From the NCBI GenBank assembly GCA_047495785.1, contig JBLDXI010000057.1, forward strand, positions 171,583-235,582: DNA of 64,000 nucleotides, given 5' to 3'. A program made the translations under genes and the position numbers. The DNA comes from Lepidodermella squamata. Lineage: Eukaryota > Animalia > Gastrotricha. This document shows, one piece after another, positions 15,034 to 29,118 of the stretch. Below the pieces are notes generated by a model that saw nothing but the letters and a program-made list of their open reading frames with translations, was not told the origin of the DNA and ran no database searches. Each line of letters starts with the position of its first letter. Position 1 is the stretch's first letter.

Positions 15034-18000
15034 TCAGTGGCCGTAATACTTCCACGCCATCATAGTCTCCTTGTTTTGATACGTCTCTTTGAAGAGCGCC
15101 TCTTCATCCTCGGCATGATCGTCGCTGGCGTAAAGCCGCGACAAAACAAACAACGGAAGTGTTATTGTCGCAGTGAGGCACAAAGCAAACGACAACCAAT
15201 TGACCGCATACGCCGTCATCCAAATGCGCCGGCTTGTCACCAGGTGCATTTCCGGCTGGTATATGTGCTTAGGAATGACGGTCGAGTATGTCGCTAGAGC
15301 CGGCATCGACAGCCGGTTACTCGCGGCGCGACTCGCCCGCCTCTTCAACAGTGACCGGGTCGGGGCGAGTGAGACGGGCGGCATCGCAACGTCATCGCCG
15401 CCGCAATCATCGTCTTGGCCATTTTCATGACACAGCGCTGAGCCGTTGTTGTTATTAGCGTTATTCTGCGGCGTTATTTGATCTACTACAACCGCCTCGA
15501 GAGTTTGGTCATTTTTCGGAAAATTAACCGACTGTTTTCGACGACGCCACGGCAGCAACGACCACAGCCACGAGGCCAAATTAGGTATGCCCCACGGTGG
15601 TGAAATGAACTCGCCCGGGTCGATCAATGCTAGGCAAATTGTGGTGGATAAAAGAGTTGCTCCAGACGAACACAAAATAATAGTTAAATAGATGGTGAGC
15701 AAGCAGTTGGCAGAATTGTTAGGCAAATTTTCAGCGATCATCGATTGGAAAATTGCGATGGCTAAAATTGTCGTGACACTCTGCACTGGGCGGTCGATGT
15801 AGTGCACAGGTATGAGATAGGTGAACAGGGTGATGAGCGCGAGCAGGAAAGTCGGGATGATGACGGTGACGACGTAGAACATGGGCCGGCGCTTCATAAC
15901 CAGCCAGAAGTGCACGCGGCTGAAGACCGTCGACTGGCCGCTGCGAAAACGCGTCGCCATGCCGCCGACTCGTTCGTGCAGCAACTCCCACACCTCTGAG
16001 AACGAAAACGAATAAATAAATTCGATCAATAAACAGTTCGAATTGGAAAAAATCAGAAAAATTCCTCCTAAAATTCAATTCTTTTGATGCAAATTCATAA
16101 AAAGACGTAGGTAAAATATGATGTTTTCCAATTTTTTTGTAGGAAGTTTCACATGTAATATGACCGATTTTGCAGAAAATTCAGCGAAAGCTTCACGCCA
16201 TGCGGGTTTCGCATTTTTCTTCAACAAGTGCCATTACTCATTTAACAATTTTTTCAAAAAATGCCCTAGCTAATTAATCAAATTGAAAAATGTTTAATCG
16301 ATTTTAACCATCCGAGCAAGCAACTTTTCCGTAAGTTTCCCCGAAAAAAACGAATTGCTTAATTATTCGGTATTTACGGTAACTAGTAGCTTAGTTATCG
16401 TCATCATTAATGTAGAAAGCCTCACTTTGATTTCTCACCTCTCACCTCTAACATGGCCTAAAACCGAGATGAACAAAGACGCTAACGATGCCTGGGGCTT
16501 GGGGGATTGTCGAAATTAAATTTAATTTTGGCATATTTTGGAGACTAAAAAATGAGAAAAATAGCCGCGTTCAGAGCAGCTTAGATTTTTGCGTTAATCG
16601 GCAATCAGTTTATATTTTATATGACCGGCTAATTTAAATTTTTTGTCATTTTTAGCTAAATATCATCGAAGTTGATGCCAATCTGGACAATTATTTTCAT
16701 AAAAAGCTAGAAAAAATATTAATACATCCGACGCCCTGAAACCCCATATTGCTGATCAAACAGCTGTTACATGATTTTTGACGTGAATTTTTTAGCTACC
16801 TTTGAAAAATCAACAATTCAGTTATTGGTTGGAGTCTAAAATCTGTCAGCAATTTTTTGAAGTCTCTACTGGTCTTTCAGGCCTGCTGCCAATCATGCGA
16901 GTATTTAGGATAACGGATTGCTGAAAATCAGCGGAACAGCTTAAAACCCTATACTTCTCCGACAATCATGCTGTCACCCGCATTTAGTGGGAACCTGGTA
17001 AGAAAATTCCATAATTTACCGTTCTCAGCTAACATTCCCAGCGAAACGGCGGCGTTGCGGCCCTCGGCCCTCACGATGAGTTTCAGTTCCCGTTCCTGGT
17101 AGATGCATGATTCCAGAATTATCAAGCACCGCTGCGTATCAAACTGGAAGCGAATTTGAGCGCTTAAATAGCTGGATGAATCATCTCGAGCTCAACTTAC
17201 TGGAAAGAAAGTTAGGTCGAATTTGCATCGCGTCTCCGCCTTGCCAGTCGGGTGATACTGTCAACATCCAAAATTGATAGTTATTGGAGAAAAATGGCGA
17301 AATATATGAATAGCTAACCCAAACATTTCCGTCACTTTGAACTCGAAATGCTGAAACGTCGTCGCGTAGAATGTCACTCATTCCGGACACGGCATTAGCG
17401 ATCTGCAAATCCGGCACCCACAGGTAACCGGCTGGTATCACGACGTCCTTCATACCGCCGAAATCTCGCGGTTGCCAAGACAGCGCCGGGTCACGCCAGT
17501 TCTGATAATAATAATTACAATTAAAACATGCCACCATATCAATATAATCACTAATGATCCGTTCATAAAATAGTCATATCAATTGGCTAAAATTTGAAGT
17601 GTCGACTTAAATAAGATTAAAAGGGCCTTAATTTAGCGGAGCAAAATTTTGAATAATTGATTCCATCTAACAGGCCTTTTTTAATTTTCGGGAAACTCCG
17701 AATTATTCCGTATAAATGTTCAATAAATTTCCATAATTGTTTTGGTAATTACAAAAATTGTCAGAAAAATCTTACATCGATATGTTGATTTTTTACAAAA
17801 AATAAAACTGGAACATTCGTAATGTGCCCATGCCGTGTTTCTTGTATACAATTTATACATTTTATACGAATTATTCGCTTAATTTGTTAGAAAATTTTTG
17901 GGTTTAAATATAGCTGAATCCCTAAATAATAGAAAAAAATAACGAAATTACCATTTTCGAGGAGTAAGGAATTTTTTTTTGGTTTCGAAAGAAATTATTA

Positions 18001-18342
18001 CGAGCGATCGGAATTTAGAATCAGGCTTACCAACTGCACTCGTATAGTTGAGTGCATGCGTTCCTCAGCTTCGTTGAGCTCTTGAATGCGAATTAAATAC
18101 AGCCGAGCCTTGATGATTAGACTTTCGTTAGGCTTCAAAGCCGGCTTCACTAATTTGCTGTAATTTTTTCCGACCAGTCGTTTGATCAGCTCGAGCTCGG
18201 TTTGTGAAGGAGCGCCCGGAGACGCTTTTTTGACAGAGAACCCATCGGGTAAGGTGCCACCGGCGACTTTAGCGCCATGGGCAAAGCAGAATCTTGTCGT
18301 CTCAATTACAGTCCAAATTACTGTAATAATACTTGTTTTCAT
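15034..18342 (-). CDS. Cys-loop ligand-gated ion channel subunit, paralog 2
   Basis: Exons in ORFs 17998-18342, 17181-17537 and 15034-16029; Cys-loop CKFDLTFFPFDTQRC across an intron; four TM helices highly similar to paralogs 1 and 3. Confidence 0.92.
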
Positions 18343-18878
18343 AATAAACGCTTAAAATAAAAGAATATGGCTTAGGTCACAATATATTTTCTAGAAAATT
18401 AATTGAAATCATTGATGATTTTGTGAGTTATTCTGATTGCGAATAAGGGCATCAACTATTTTATTACTGTAATATAAGGCGTCGTATTCAGGTGCTAGAT
18501 TGCTACAACAGAGCGTAAATATTAATAATGTTTATTTTAGAGCTTCCTCCTCCTGCCAAAGGTTTTTTACGCGCTCTACACACGCTTTCTGAGATGGGAA
18601 GGAACACTGAAAAGAGGGGCACATGCTTACTTATATGGTGCCCACTGGTGTTTGATTTAACGAAAATCGAAACAATTGACACGAAAAAATTATGCAATTA
18701 CGCAGGTTTTAATCAGATATCAGACCACCGCGGGGGTCACCGCAGAAATAAATATCGACTATAAAAGTGATCTTATGCTAAAATGAAACTGTAAACCCAG
18801 AATTACTCGACTACGGCTAAATATCTGCTATTTTGGAAATTCTATGTTGGAGACTAAATATCTGCGTGAAAATGAAAT

Positions 18879-19267
18879 GGGTCTTCCTGTTACCGGAACC
18901 AAATTTACAGTGAGCGGAACCAAATTTGCTGTATCGGAACCAAATTTGCTGTTAGCGGAACCAAATTTTAGAATTTTCTAGTGGCCTGAAATCGCTTTTC
19001 GGATATTTATTGCATGTCAAAATTGGCCCCAATAATTCTAGAAAATTCACAAGTGAATTCGGCGCAACATTCTCTATAACACGCAGTGTTCAATTCAGAA
19101 TTCATGCTTAGCCTAAAATTCTTAGAAATATTCAAAAAATGACTCTTGGCATATTTCGAGTTTGGTTCCGCAAAAAGCAAATTTGGTTCCGCTACAGCAA
19201 ATTTGGTTCCGATACAGCAAATTTGGTTCCGCTCACTGTAAATTTGGTTCCGCTAAAAGATATTCCC
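18879..19267. mobile_element. Mutator/Foldback-like MITE
   Basis: GGG...CCC termini; inverted arms each made of 4-5 tandem CGGAACCAAATTT units; 9-bp target-site duplication AAATGAAAT at 18870-18878 and 19268-19276; non-coding. Confidence 0.85.
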
Positions 19268-20219
19268 AAATGAAATGTCTGTTCGGCTTTCTTAAACGGG
19301 AGAGGCGAAGTGAACTGAAGTTTAGCCAACTCACCACCCATCACCTCCATGTTGGCTTATATTTGCAATATTTGCCGTTCTAAGAGGAAAGCTGCGACTG
19401 AAAATGGTTAACCCAAGAACTCGAATCGAGGTCTCTCGTTATTCGTCGTCGATATTGAGTGCATTTTTTTCCCCAAAAATTTGTTGTCTCATTGTAAATT
19501 GCAAATTTCGTATAAATACAAGCCTATAAGATAAACAGCAGTGAATTTGCTTACTAAATCGAAAGCTCTCCTAAAGCTGTTTCCCGCCGCTTCATGGTAG
19601 TGCTTCATCGACTATAATTCTAATGTTTTCAATGGCATTTTTCGCTTCGGTTTGCGGATATTAATTGTTTACCGATAAAGAGAGCAGCGTTTGATCCGTC
19701 ACGGCCACTAAAAAAATAAACAAAGATTGATGGTTTCGCCGCACTTTACGCAGCAGAACTATTGAGGGTTTTACATATATCGAAATGAGTGAAAACTATT
19801 GAAAAATTTCAGGTTATTACTATGAGCTCAGCAGCGCACCAATAATCGTTATTTACAACATGAGCCACTCTCAACTTACTAATTCGCTATACGATGCAGG
19901 GTGGATACGTATGAAGTAGTGAATGCCGTCAATATCGGATATTATCGCCGATTAAAGTACCAGCTACCTGATGCAATGTACCATCATCGCCGCAGCAGTC
20001 CACTTATTCTGAAATCAGGCGGGAATTTTATTTCAGCTGTACTGCGCGGCGTAGAAGCTCGCACCTCAGCGCTCAATTACGCACGGTAAATGGGCGATAA
20101 TAATAAAGTAGCGAATGGAATAAGTACAAAATTCAAGCGGTCGTAAATTGATCTCGATATAATTCGCCATTCGAGTCGAAAAGTGAAAGGGTGATAATTA
20201 CTTATTCAAAGTTATCAAC

Positions 20220-20669
20220 ATGAATTCAGCGAAATTAGAGAAATTCATCGGCGGGTTTTTATATGACATTGGGATGCTAAAAAGCTGGAACGTTGTTCCC
20301 AATTCGCCCATTGTGGCCATCATAGTGAATAGAAATGTAGTACACGCGAAACAATTAGTTACGAAAACTACGAGCACAAGTTTTGAGCTTACTTCAGACT
20401 TTGGAGATTCGATTCAAGGATTTTCGTCCGAAATATCGCTAGATAGTATGCACATGCGAGTGATAATTTTGCCACTTCGCCTGCCAAAAGCCAAAAGCGG
20501 ATGTGACCGATTAGGCGACACTCAATTATCATTGACCGAATCGCTATTATTGGATAGGAATCTTGACTATTCATTAAAGTATACATCATATGCCAAATGC
20601 CAGTTACTCATTGAAATAGCTCCTCGATATCGTATAAGATTGGAGAACACGATATTGGAGCGTTTATAG
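20220..20669 (+). CDS. Unassigned 149-aa ORF, possibly an exon or relic of an extracellular protein gene
   Basis: Open frame in the intergenic space between channel paralogs. Only a weak resemblance (CQLLIEIAPRYRIRL) to CUB-type strands. Confidence 0.25.
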   Translation: MNSAKLEKFIGGFLYDIGMLKSWNVVPNSPIVAIIVNRNVVHAKQLVTKTTSTSFELTSDFGDSIQGFSSEISLDSMHMRVIILPLRLPKAKSGCDRLGDTQLSLTESLLLDRNLDYSLKYTSYAKCQLLIEIAPRYRIRLENTILERL

Positions 20670-21351
20670 GCTAAAGCGAATCGATGCAGAGAGCGTGAAC
20701 GATTCAGGATTATGTGGACAGTTAGTATGTATTGCGCGAAGGGTAAACATCGATCGGAAAACGTGATATCTGCCTTTTTAAGCTCTATTTTTTTTACTTT
20801 CTCCGTGTTCTATCCACCCAGTACACTGATCTTCCGGTTCTCCAGTTCTTTCGAAGTCTCTCTTCAACTACCTAAATCAATGGAATGATTTTACAGAATT
20901 ATCAACCGTCTTACCCTTGTGGATTAAATGTTCAATCGGCGATTGGCAATCGACTTCTGTTACCTGCCAGTTGCCAGGTATCAATGATTGGCCGGCAACT
21001 CCAACAAAAATGTCATTCATGGCTCTTGTACCTGATGTAGATGTGATTTCGTAGACAATTTTGGAAATATAATTGTCTCAAATAAAAAAAAATCTCTCGG
21101 AAGTTGATCCGGCGCTGATATTTTCACACCACTGGCCTTTGCCAAGATATTGTTATTGTCTAGAAAATTATACTGTTGACTCATACAAAGTCAGGTACAA
21201 ATAGACGAATAATATCGAAGGATGTTGTGCATCGCTTGCGAACAAAAGTTTTCTTCCACAACAACATACATTGATTTATTAATTAAAAACTACCGTCATG
21301 ACAGTTCATCGAAGCTGAAATACGGAAACAAAAAATAGTGAGCGGTGCGTT

Positions 21352-23712
21352 TCAATTCCCGTAGTATTTAGCTGCATATGGCAACTTGTCGCCGTGATTG
21401 TTGCTAACATAGACGTATTCCTCTCCCAAAGGAACGTTACCACCTTCGCGAAGTCGCTTAAATAAGGCGAAGAGTGGAAGGCCGACTGTTGCGACAAGGC
21501 AAGCGCTGAAACTCACCCAGTTCACGGCATAGGCGGCCATCCAGATGCGGCGCTGCATGCGATATCGCACGATTACCTTGTTCGATACTGACTTCCGATG
21601 AGCCCCTTGGCTGAGAAGACCGGGCTCAACCTCACTGGGCTCGCCCAAACTGATAGCCGGGACACTAGATGCTCGCCGATAAGCCAAGTCGCATTGAGGC
21701 ATGAGATGCCTAGCTTCAAGAATATCGCCATTACCACCCGAGTCATTCACAGGGGGAGAGTCTACCACTACGGATAAGAACTCGCCTTGATTCGAATTGT
21801 TGTTGTTTTGCTCTATCTCAACAGATGATCGCTTAAATCGCCTATGAAAAAGCCGCCATATTGATTTTGCCACATTTGGAATTCCCCAGGGCGGAGCGAT
21901 GAATTCACCTGGATCAATGAGTGCGACGCAGATGATGGTCGAAAGCAAGGTCGCACCCGAGGAACAAAGAATGACAGTTAGATAAATGGTGAGCAAGCAA
22001 TTGGCTGAATTGTTAGGCAAATTTTCTGCGATCGTCGATTGGAAGATGGCGATGGCTAAAATAGTGGTAACGCTCTGCACTGGACGGTCAATGTAATGAA
22101 CGGGAATGAGGTAAGTGAATAGAGTGATCAACGCAAGCAAAAACGTTGGAATGATGACTGTTATAATGTAGAAAGTCGGCCGACGTGTCATGCCGAACCA
22201 AAAAGTGACACGACTAAAAACCGTTGACTCTCCACTTCTATATCTTCCAGCCTGGCCGCCGACATTCTGTGGTAAGAGCTCCCAAACCTCTGAAGCAGCG
22301 AACATTTGAATAAAGTCTGAATAAAGTAAAAGTGACTTTGAGACGTACCGTTTTCAGCGAGCATCCCCAGGGAGACTGCAGAATTATGGTCTTCTGAACG
22401 AATGACTATTTTCATTTCGCTTTCTTGATAAATGCATGATTCAAGAATGATCAAACAGCGTTGGGAATCAAACTGATGAAAAAGTAATGGTTAAGATCAA
22501 GTTAAGTTATTCAATGAAAACCAACGGGAAAATATGTCAAATCGAACTTGCATCGCGTTTCAGCTTTACCAGTGGGATGAAACCAGACATTGCCATCACT
22601 TTGTACTCGAAAGGAAGCACTCGCTTCCTCACGAAGCATTTCATTCATGCCGCCAGCTAGTGAATTAGCAATTTGAAGGTCTGGAATCCACAAGAAGCCG
22701 GCTGGTATTACTACATCTTTGATATTTTTAAAGTCCTTCGGATTCCAGGTCAGCGTTGGGTCTTTCCAGTTCTGCGATGGATAAATGAATAATATGAATC
22801 TGTGATCTGATCTCAGGTAAGCCTAGAATGTTTAGCAAGGGCAAGGTAACATTTTTAGGCTAACTACCAATTAACATTGATCACTCCTAACTAGTGGGGG
22901 GTTGATCAGCATTTTTAGAGGAACGCGAGGAAAAAGTAGCATTTATTCGTGATTACTCCAAATTTAAACCTAGCCTCCATGGGCTCCTAGGACCTCAACA
23001 GTTACGGTATGAAGTTTTCATCCACCAAAAAGTAAGTGAATTCATAGCAAACTGATTTATTCGAAACTATAATTTGAACTGAAATTAATCCTTTTTTTAT
23101 GAACCTAGCGGCAATTTATAGAAACCATGTCAGCTTGGTTTCTTGTTTTACTTTTTCTTGTCTTGGAAATTTCGCAAAATTGGTTTCGGGATATCCGATG
23201 TATAACACATATTACTGAGCGAAATACCGCCTGTGCGAATTAAGATTAGTGATATATATAAATAGATCCCCTATGAAGCTTATGGGTAATTTGGACAACT
23301 AAGTTTTATCCTAAGCTATAAACGATCACTTCTAGAGAGGATAATGTTTTACTGGATAGCTTACCAGCTGTAGCCGTATTGTAGAATGCATCCTCTCTTC
23401 GGCTTCGTTCAACTCTTGAATCCTGATTAGATAGAGGCGCGCTTTTATGACTATCGTGTCGTTTGGCCGGAGAAGTGGTCGAATCAGTTTGGTGTAATTT
23501 CGATTCAAAAGGTGCGACACAAGGTCGGCCTCGGGCGAACGAGGCGGTGCTTTTTGCTGAGCTGCGCTGTATCCCGGATGCCAGGAAGGCAAATCGGCTT
23601 TGAGGAGGGCCTGACTGCCGCATGAAGCGCCGGCAAGAAATTGCAATATTATTGACAAGAAACAAACAGCAGTATATTTTTCTATCTTCAATTCCTTCAA
23701 ATTATTGTCCAT
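21352..23712 (-). CDS. Cys-loop ligand-gated ion channel subunit, paralog 3
   Basis: Exons in ORFs 23332-23712, 22511-22693, 22188-22454 and 21352-22305; Cys-loop CKFDLTYFPFDSQRC; four TM helices. Confidence 0.92.
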
Positions 23713-24390
23713 GTGACTCTACTAGTATGAAAAAATCAATGTGTCACATTATGACAAGCGGTATAACATCATGTGAGTGATGTTTGCCTGCGGCCATTAG
23801 CTGAGTATGGGCGATAGCTGCTTAATTCTGCGAAACCACTTTCGAGGGCATCAGCCAAGGCGGGCAAGCGATCTTTATCGTCATCGGCTAGCGCGGTAGT
23901 GGTTCCGTTCCCAATCGATGCGCGCGCGGTGCTTGGCATAAAAAACTATCACTAAAAACAAAGTGCGCCGATATCGCACACGAATAGGAGCTAAGAGCTG
24001 GTGGTATGCGGCAATGGCGTTAATTGTTTTTGGCATTAGCCTGCGGGTAAAGGACAGACAGAGAGATCGCACTAGGACACGAGTCTAACATTTATATCTG
24101 CATGATTTCTGATATTATAAGTCAAATAGATATTTATATACGATTTGGATTCTTGCGAGGTGTTTCACGCTTAACTAGTTAACTGATGAAGAGATTTTAA
24201 AGGGCCGTTATTTTTCTCAGGAGCTAATGCATGAAATTGTCAGCGAGGTGAAAGAGGAATCGAACATTTGCTTACGATCCTTTGTTGTTCATCGCAAATA
24301 AAAAGCAGAAAACGTGTAGGTAGTCTAGTTTATTCGATCCAATGATCCGATCTGGCAATCTTTCAGCTCACAGAGAATTCAGTCAAGGCT

Positions 24391-25735
24391 TTAGTCATTT
24401 GCTACTACTAGTTCATTATTAAACTTGACGTGTTCAATCGCACCAACTCCATTTTTGAGGCGATAGATATAGTAGCTGTATGTGATTGGGGAAATAATAT
24501 ATTATCGATGAATAATACTGAAATGTACCCTTCGACTGCAGCAGCGATAAGCACTAGCGCCAGTAATGCGCCCAAAACACCGCCAACAACCGCAACTTTG
24601 TCGTCGCCATCAGTTCTGTCAGGGGTTGTTTGCCGGTGTGTATTTGGCGTCGTCGTAAGTTCTTCAATGCCACCACATTGATCGTCATCGATAGTGATAG
24701 CATCCATCGCCTCATTGTTACATAGGCTGCCACAACACGAACAAAGTTTAGCCTTGTCACCGTTGTCTTCTGTCGAAATGACACTCTGCCCGCATTGATG
24801 CCCGTCTTGCGTGTTCACAGCGCCCCATTTGTAACCGATTACGCCATTTTCTCGCCGCGAAATTTTCTGAGTATGAAATCACGTGCTTAATAACTACACA
24901 TCATTTTCCTAATAATTACAAAGCCTACAGCGTAAGTAGATTGTGATCCATGTAATCTTTTGGTAAGATCTTCAATACTTCGGATTTATTTCTGACCTAG
25001 CACCAAGTTGAATCCCAGCAGGCGCAGTTAGAAATAAAATCAGAAGAAATTTCATCTTGCAAAAGGATTTGATGTATCCACATAATGGGCGACTTTGTTT
25101 GTTTGTTTGTATTATAGGGTTTCAACTTACAAAGCAGCTCTGACTTGCTGTTATTGGAACCGTCACGATGACGTCGGCCTTGCTAATCTCTGGATCCGGG
25201 TGAACTTTATTTGAGTTGGAAAAGCACTCGCTTGTGAAAATTGGCAGCGTATTACACTTGTTGTCAAGAGCCTCGTTATTGCAGAAATCTTCGCAACACA
25301 TGCATGTTGCATAGTAACTGCGCATTGTGTCGTTTTCACCTAGAATGTGTCCGAGACTTGCCTCGCTGAAGTCGTTGCATTGAAAATAGTCTACTACAGG
25401 CCACCGTCCGTGCATGCACATCCAATAGTAAATAACTTCAGCCTCCTGTGAGCCGTCTGGGCGCGAACGCACTTCATAACCCAACTCTTTCTGATGCATG
25501 TAAGGCATGTAGTAATTCAATAAACTTGACGAGAAATAAAATCTGGACATACGACGCATTTCGCTGTTGGCTCTTTGCATGTAACAATCTGCATTTTATC
25601 AGTTCCAGGAAATGCACCGTTTTTACTTGTGCCCTCGTAACATTGGATGCAACTAACTGGCTGTGCAATTTTTAGAATAGCCAGAGCTAAAATTCCGACT
25701 GATGGCAGATAGCAAGCACGACCAGTCATGATCAT
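24391..25735 (-). CDS. Type I membrane protein with two Ly6/uPAR (three-finger)-like domains
   Basis: Signal peptide followed by IQCYEG; two C-x-CC-x3-CN domain ends (CMCCEDFCNNE and CSCCGSLCNNE); Thr-rich stalk; TM helix VAVVGGVLGALLALVLIAAAV; short tail ending at the stop at 24391. Confidence 0.75.
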
Positions 25736-26081
25736 AAAGACACTTGATACGTTTCTGGCGAAATGACAAAATAAGTAACAGCTTTTTAGGAGAAATTACG
25801 TAGCGACAATGCAAACTTAATTGCTCCGCTTATCAAATCAAAGCTACTATTGAGCTCGCGGGAATGATAAAGATCGCGTAGTATAAAAATTTACGAGTAG
25901 GGTATATCTCATCGTGCTGTTCCAGCGCACGTAAACATAATGACCCGTTTGCTTTTATCACGCCGCATCTCCTGGCATTTACTCACCTTTTATGTAACTA
26001 GATCATGATAAAATGAACTTTCGTGCATTCCCAACTTACTATCATGACGCAAAGGTGTCTGGCACAGGATAATACGCTCAG

Positions 26082-26105
26082 GGGTTAGGGTTAGGGTTAG
26101 GGTTA
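26082..26105 (+). repeat. Telomeric tract (GGGTTA)4, proximal boundary of the telomere-added region
   Basis: Read directly. No intact host gene is recognisable distal to it. Confidence 0.9.
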
Positions 26106-29088
26106 TTGGTAATAGTTTAATACAGACGAGCTGCAAACCGGGGCCTCTCGTTTTACCGAGAGTCAAACCGGGCCCTACCATTACTCCATCTGTTCCGTGA
26201 TTTCCGTGATCAGCGGACCCTATTTTACATATTCGTTGCGATTTATCGAAACTTTTTCGTTGACCATACATGCTTTTCGACCATATTTTCTTGATAATAC
26301 TATTTCCATGCGATTAATCGGCAATTGACGAAGATCCGAGAGATTATGAATTATTTTGAAATGCCAAAATTGAAAATCTCAATTTCGAAATAGATAATTT
26401 AAATTCGCTCCTAATCCTTTATTGTCGACAGCCGTCATGAGCCGACTCGATATTTGTCATCAGCCGACTTTACTTATTAATTTTTCACCAATTGGCTAAG
26501 AAGAATCCGACAAGTTGAGGTAAAATTTGAAAGGTCAGCCGCGACCAGATCGAGCTCAATATAGGTAATTTTCGATCGATCTGGAACCTTTTCCCTTCAC
26601 CGTACATGGTTTTCAACCACGTAATCGTCATCAGCGGACCTGATAGCACGATTCCCGTTTATCTTATTTTTCTTTCAAAGGTCCCGTCGCAATCCATCGA
26701 TTCAGATAATCAGCTAGTGCGATTCGTACTGCTTTCTCCTTATTCCTTACCATCAGCATCTGCGATGATCACAAAAGGCTTTTATTGAATTTGATAATCA
26801 CAAGAATTTTAATTTTACTCACCCCCGCCGATTCCTGTAATATTCATTTTACTTGACATCACCTTCCGGGCCTTGATCAATCCAGGTAAAGACATCCTAT
26901 TTCCACTCAACTTCTTTGCGATCGGATACGCTGATCGTGTTGGCACCGCTCTGACGGCTTGTTCTTCCACGACACTTGCAAAAACATACTTGGATAAAAG
27001 TTTTCCGACAAATTGTTCACAAATTACGCAATACAGGCGTCGGTCTTGAGCTTGCTATTCTTTTCAGCTTGTTGGCCATCTAACGACTTGTGCACACAGT
27101 AAGTATTTTTCTCGAGAATATTGTATGAGCTATAACGATTTTTTATCAGTTACGGCGCGCCATGTACTACCGCTACTCCAAGCAGGCATCAATCTACGTC
27201 TGCTTTCGGCAGAATCAATAGAAATCAGGCGAAAGCTGCTGAAGCGAATGCTGCTCATGACATGCAATGCGCTGCCTGATTCAATTCCTCGCCAACTTAT
27301 GAAATTTTTTTATAAGACTTCATTAAACAACTAAAAAAGGAATGATTATCTTCGTTAGGAGTGAACGAATTCTAATATAAATAAACAGTAGTTTTAATTA
27401 AATTACAAAAATCAGGCAAATGATTTTTAATTTAATAAAATTCAAGGACGACCGCGCAAGTTTTTTCCGCGCGCGCGCGCGCCATTTTCAGTTTGTTGGG
27501 TTTAGGTCTCGAGCAACGCGTGAGGCGTGAGTTAGAAACGAAAGACCTGCATGTACGCAGTAAGCTCTTTACTTATCTTGAAACAAGTCATTTGCGTAGG
27601 AGTGTTTCACTCTCACAGTACCAATCTATGCAAATAGCATCCTGACTGCGAGATTCTGTCTTTGTCAAGTTGCAAGATCTAATGCATCTAATGCCATTAC
27701 TGCGTGACATATCAGCTCATCAGGAGATCGTTCTACTAACTTCTCAACTTCTCTTCTCATCTTTAGATCTAGAGCTACCGCCAGCAAGCGAATGCCAGAT
27801 AAACTACTACTGCTCTTGAGTACCATCCTTTGATTACTAAAATTGAGTTCTCAGTGTGAACCTCTCTCAAGAACTTCTCTTCTCAATCTTAGATGACTCT
27901 AACTAAGATCTCCGTGGAGGATGCTTACGTATGAACGTATGAATATATTAGTAACGCCCCATTAGAGCCAAGTTATATCTTATCCTCAAAGAATAAACCT
28001 CAGTCCGGTGGTCCACTGAGATCATAACTCTATAACTCATATAGTGAATAAACCAATATGTGATATCTGAGACGCTTGGATGCTTCGAGCTTATTAAGAG
28101 TGGACCATTTAAGCAGTATCTACCTATAACCGAGGTCATTATTATATCCTTGAATGACCTTCTGAGTTCCTTCTGGATATCAAGTAACAATTTCACTTGG
28201 CAGGTTCAATGAAGCACCTCCTTCGATTCAATCGTAACTCTACTTACTCATCTCTAATCTCTAATCTCTAAGCAATGAACTGGCCTATGCAGTAGAATAG
28301 CAATTTCCTGCATTGCTAAATATTGTTGAGATAGTTTAGATTTTAGATTACCTAATGTTCTGATGTTCACCTTACTAAGAACTGAACGCTGAACTCAAAA
28401 TGGGCGCGTCTTGATAAGTCTTTATAAGACTCCCGTTCTTCATACTCATTTAATTAGTATGAATTATTTTCCTCAAATCGTCTGTTCTTTTCAATTATCC
28501 ATGGTCTAGATATTCTTGGAGTTTACCTTGCTTAACTTCTTCTGTGCATACTTGAGCCTCCGAGCCCAAAATTCATGTAATGATTTTCAACTTTGATTAG
28601 ACTTTCTTATGGTAAAAAAAATGATGGAGCCGAGAGACGTTCTCTCGAAATTTAAGTAAAGTATCTTCGTTAATCAATGATACTGTGACTTTACCCGAGA
28701 AGATAAGAAAAGCTCAATACGAAGAATGATGACCGTGAGGTAACTTAATAAGAAAGAGTTTGGCAGTACAAGAAATGGCCTAATTTTTAGGGGCGATACG
28801 TTTAATACGTGCCAGGCGAAGCCAGGCGTGCTGAAGATCGACTGCTAAACGGAAAAGCTTGCGCGGAATCAATCAAAATTTGAGAACTGCCAAAACGCCG
28901 TGTTTTAAAGTCTTTTTTCTAACGAAGGGCGATGGTGCCGCTGAATATGACTTATTTCCCTATGGGTTGTGGCTTAATTGTGGACTCTTTAATGTCTGCA
29001 TGTCATTAATTTGGGATAAATAAAATGAAAACCCTCTTGAAGATTGAGTAATTTTTATTTAATTTTCGAAATGGTGTTAATGATACGA

Positions 29089-29118
29089 GGCGCGCAGAGC
29101 GCGCCCGTCTTTTCTAGT
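29089..29118 (+). mobile_element. Helitron-like 3' terminus
   Basis: GC-rich hairpin GGCGCGC-AGA-GCGCGCC followed 8 nt later by CTAG|T. Further ATATCTAGTTACTA ends occur at about 29260 and 29296. The 5' end was not identified. Confidence 0.5.

Noticed and set aside
26598-26640. - strand CTGATGA...GAAA hammerhead candidate in the 4-kb module
   Set aside because: Mismatched stem II closing pair, no stem III and only 3 bp of stem I
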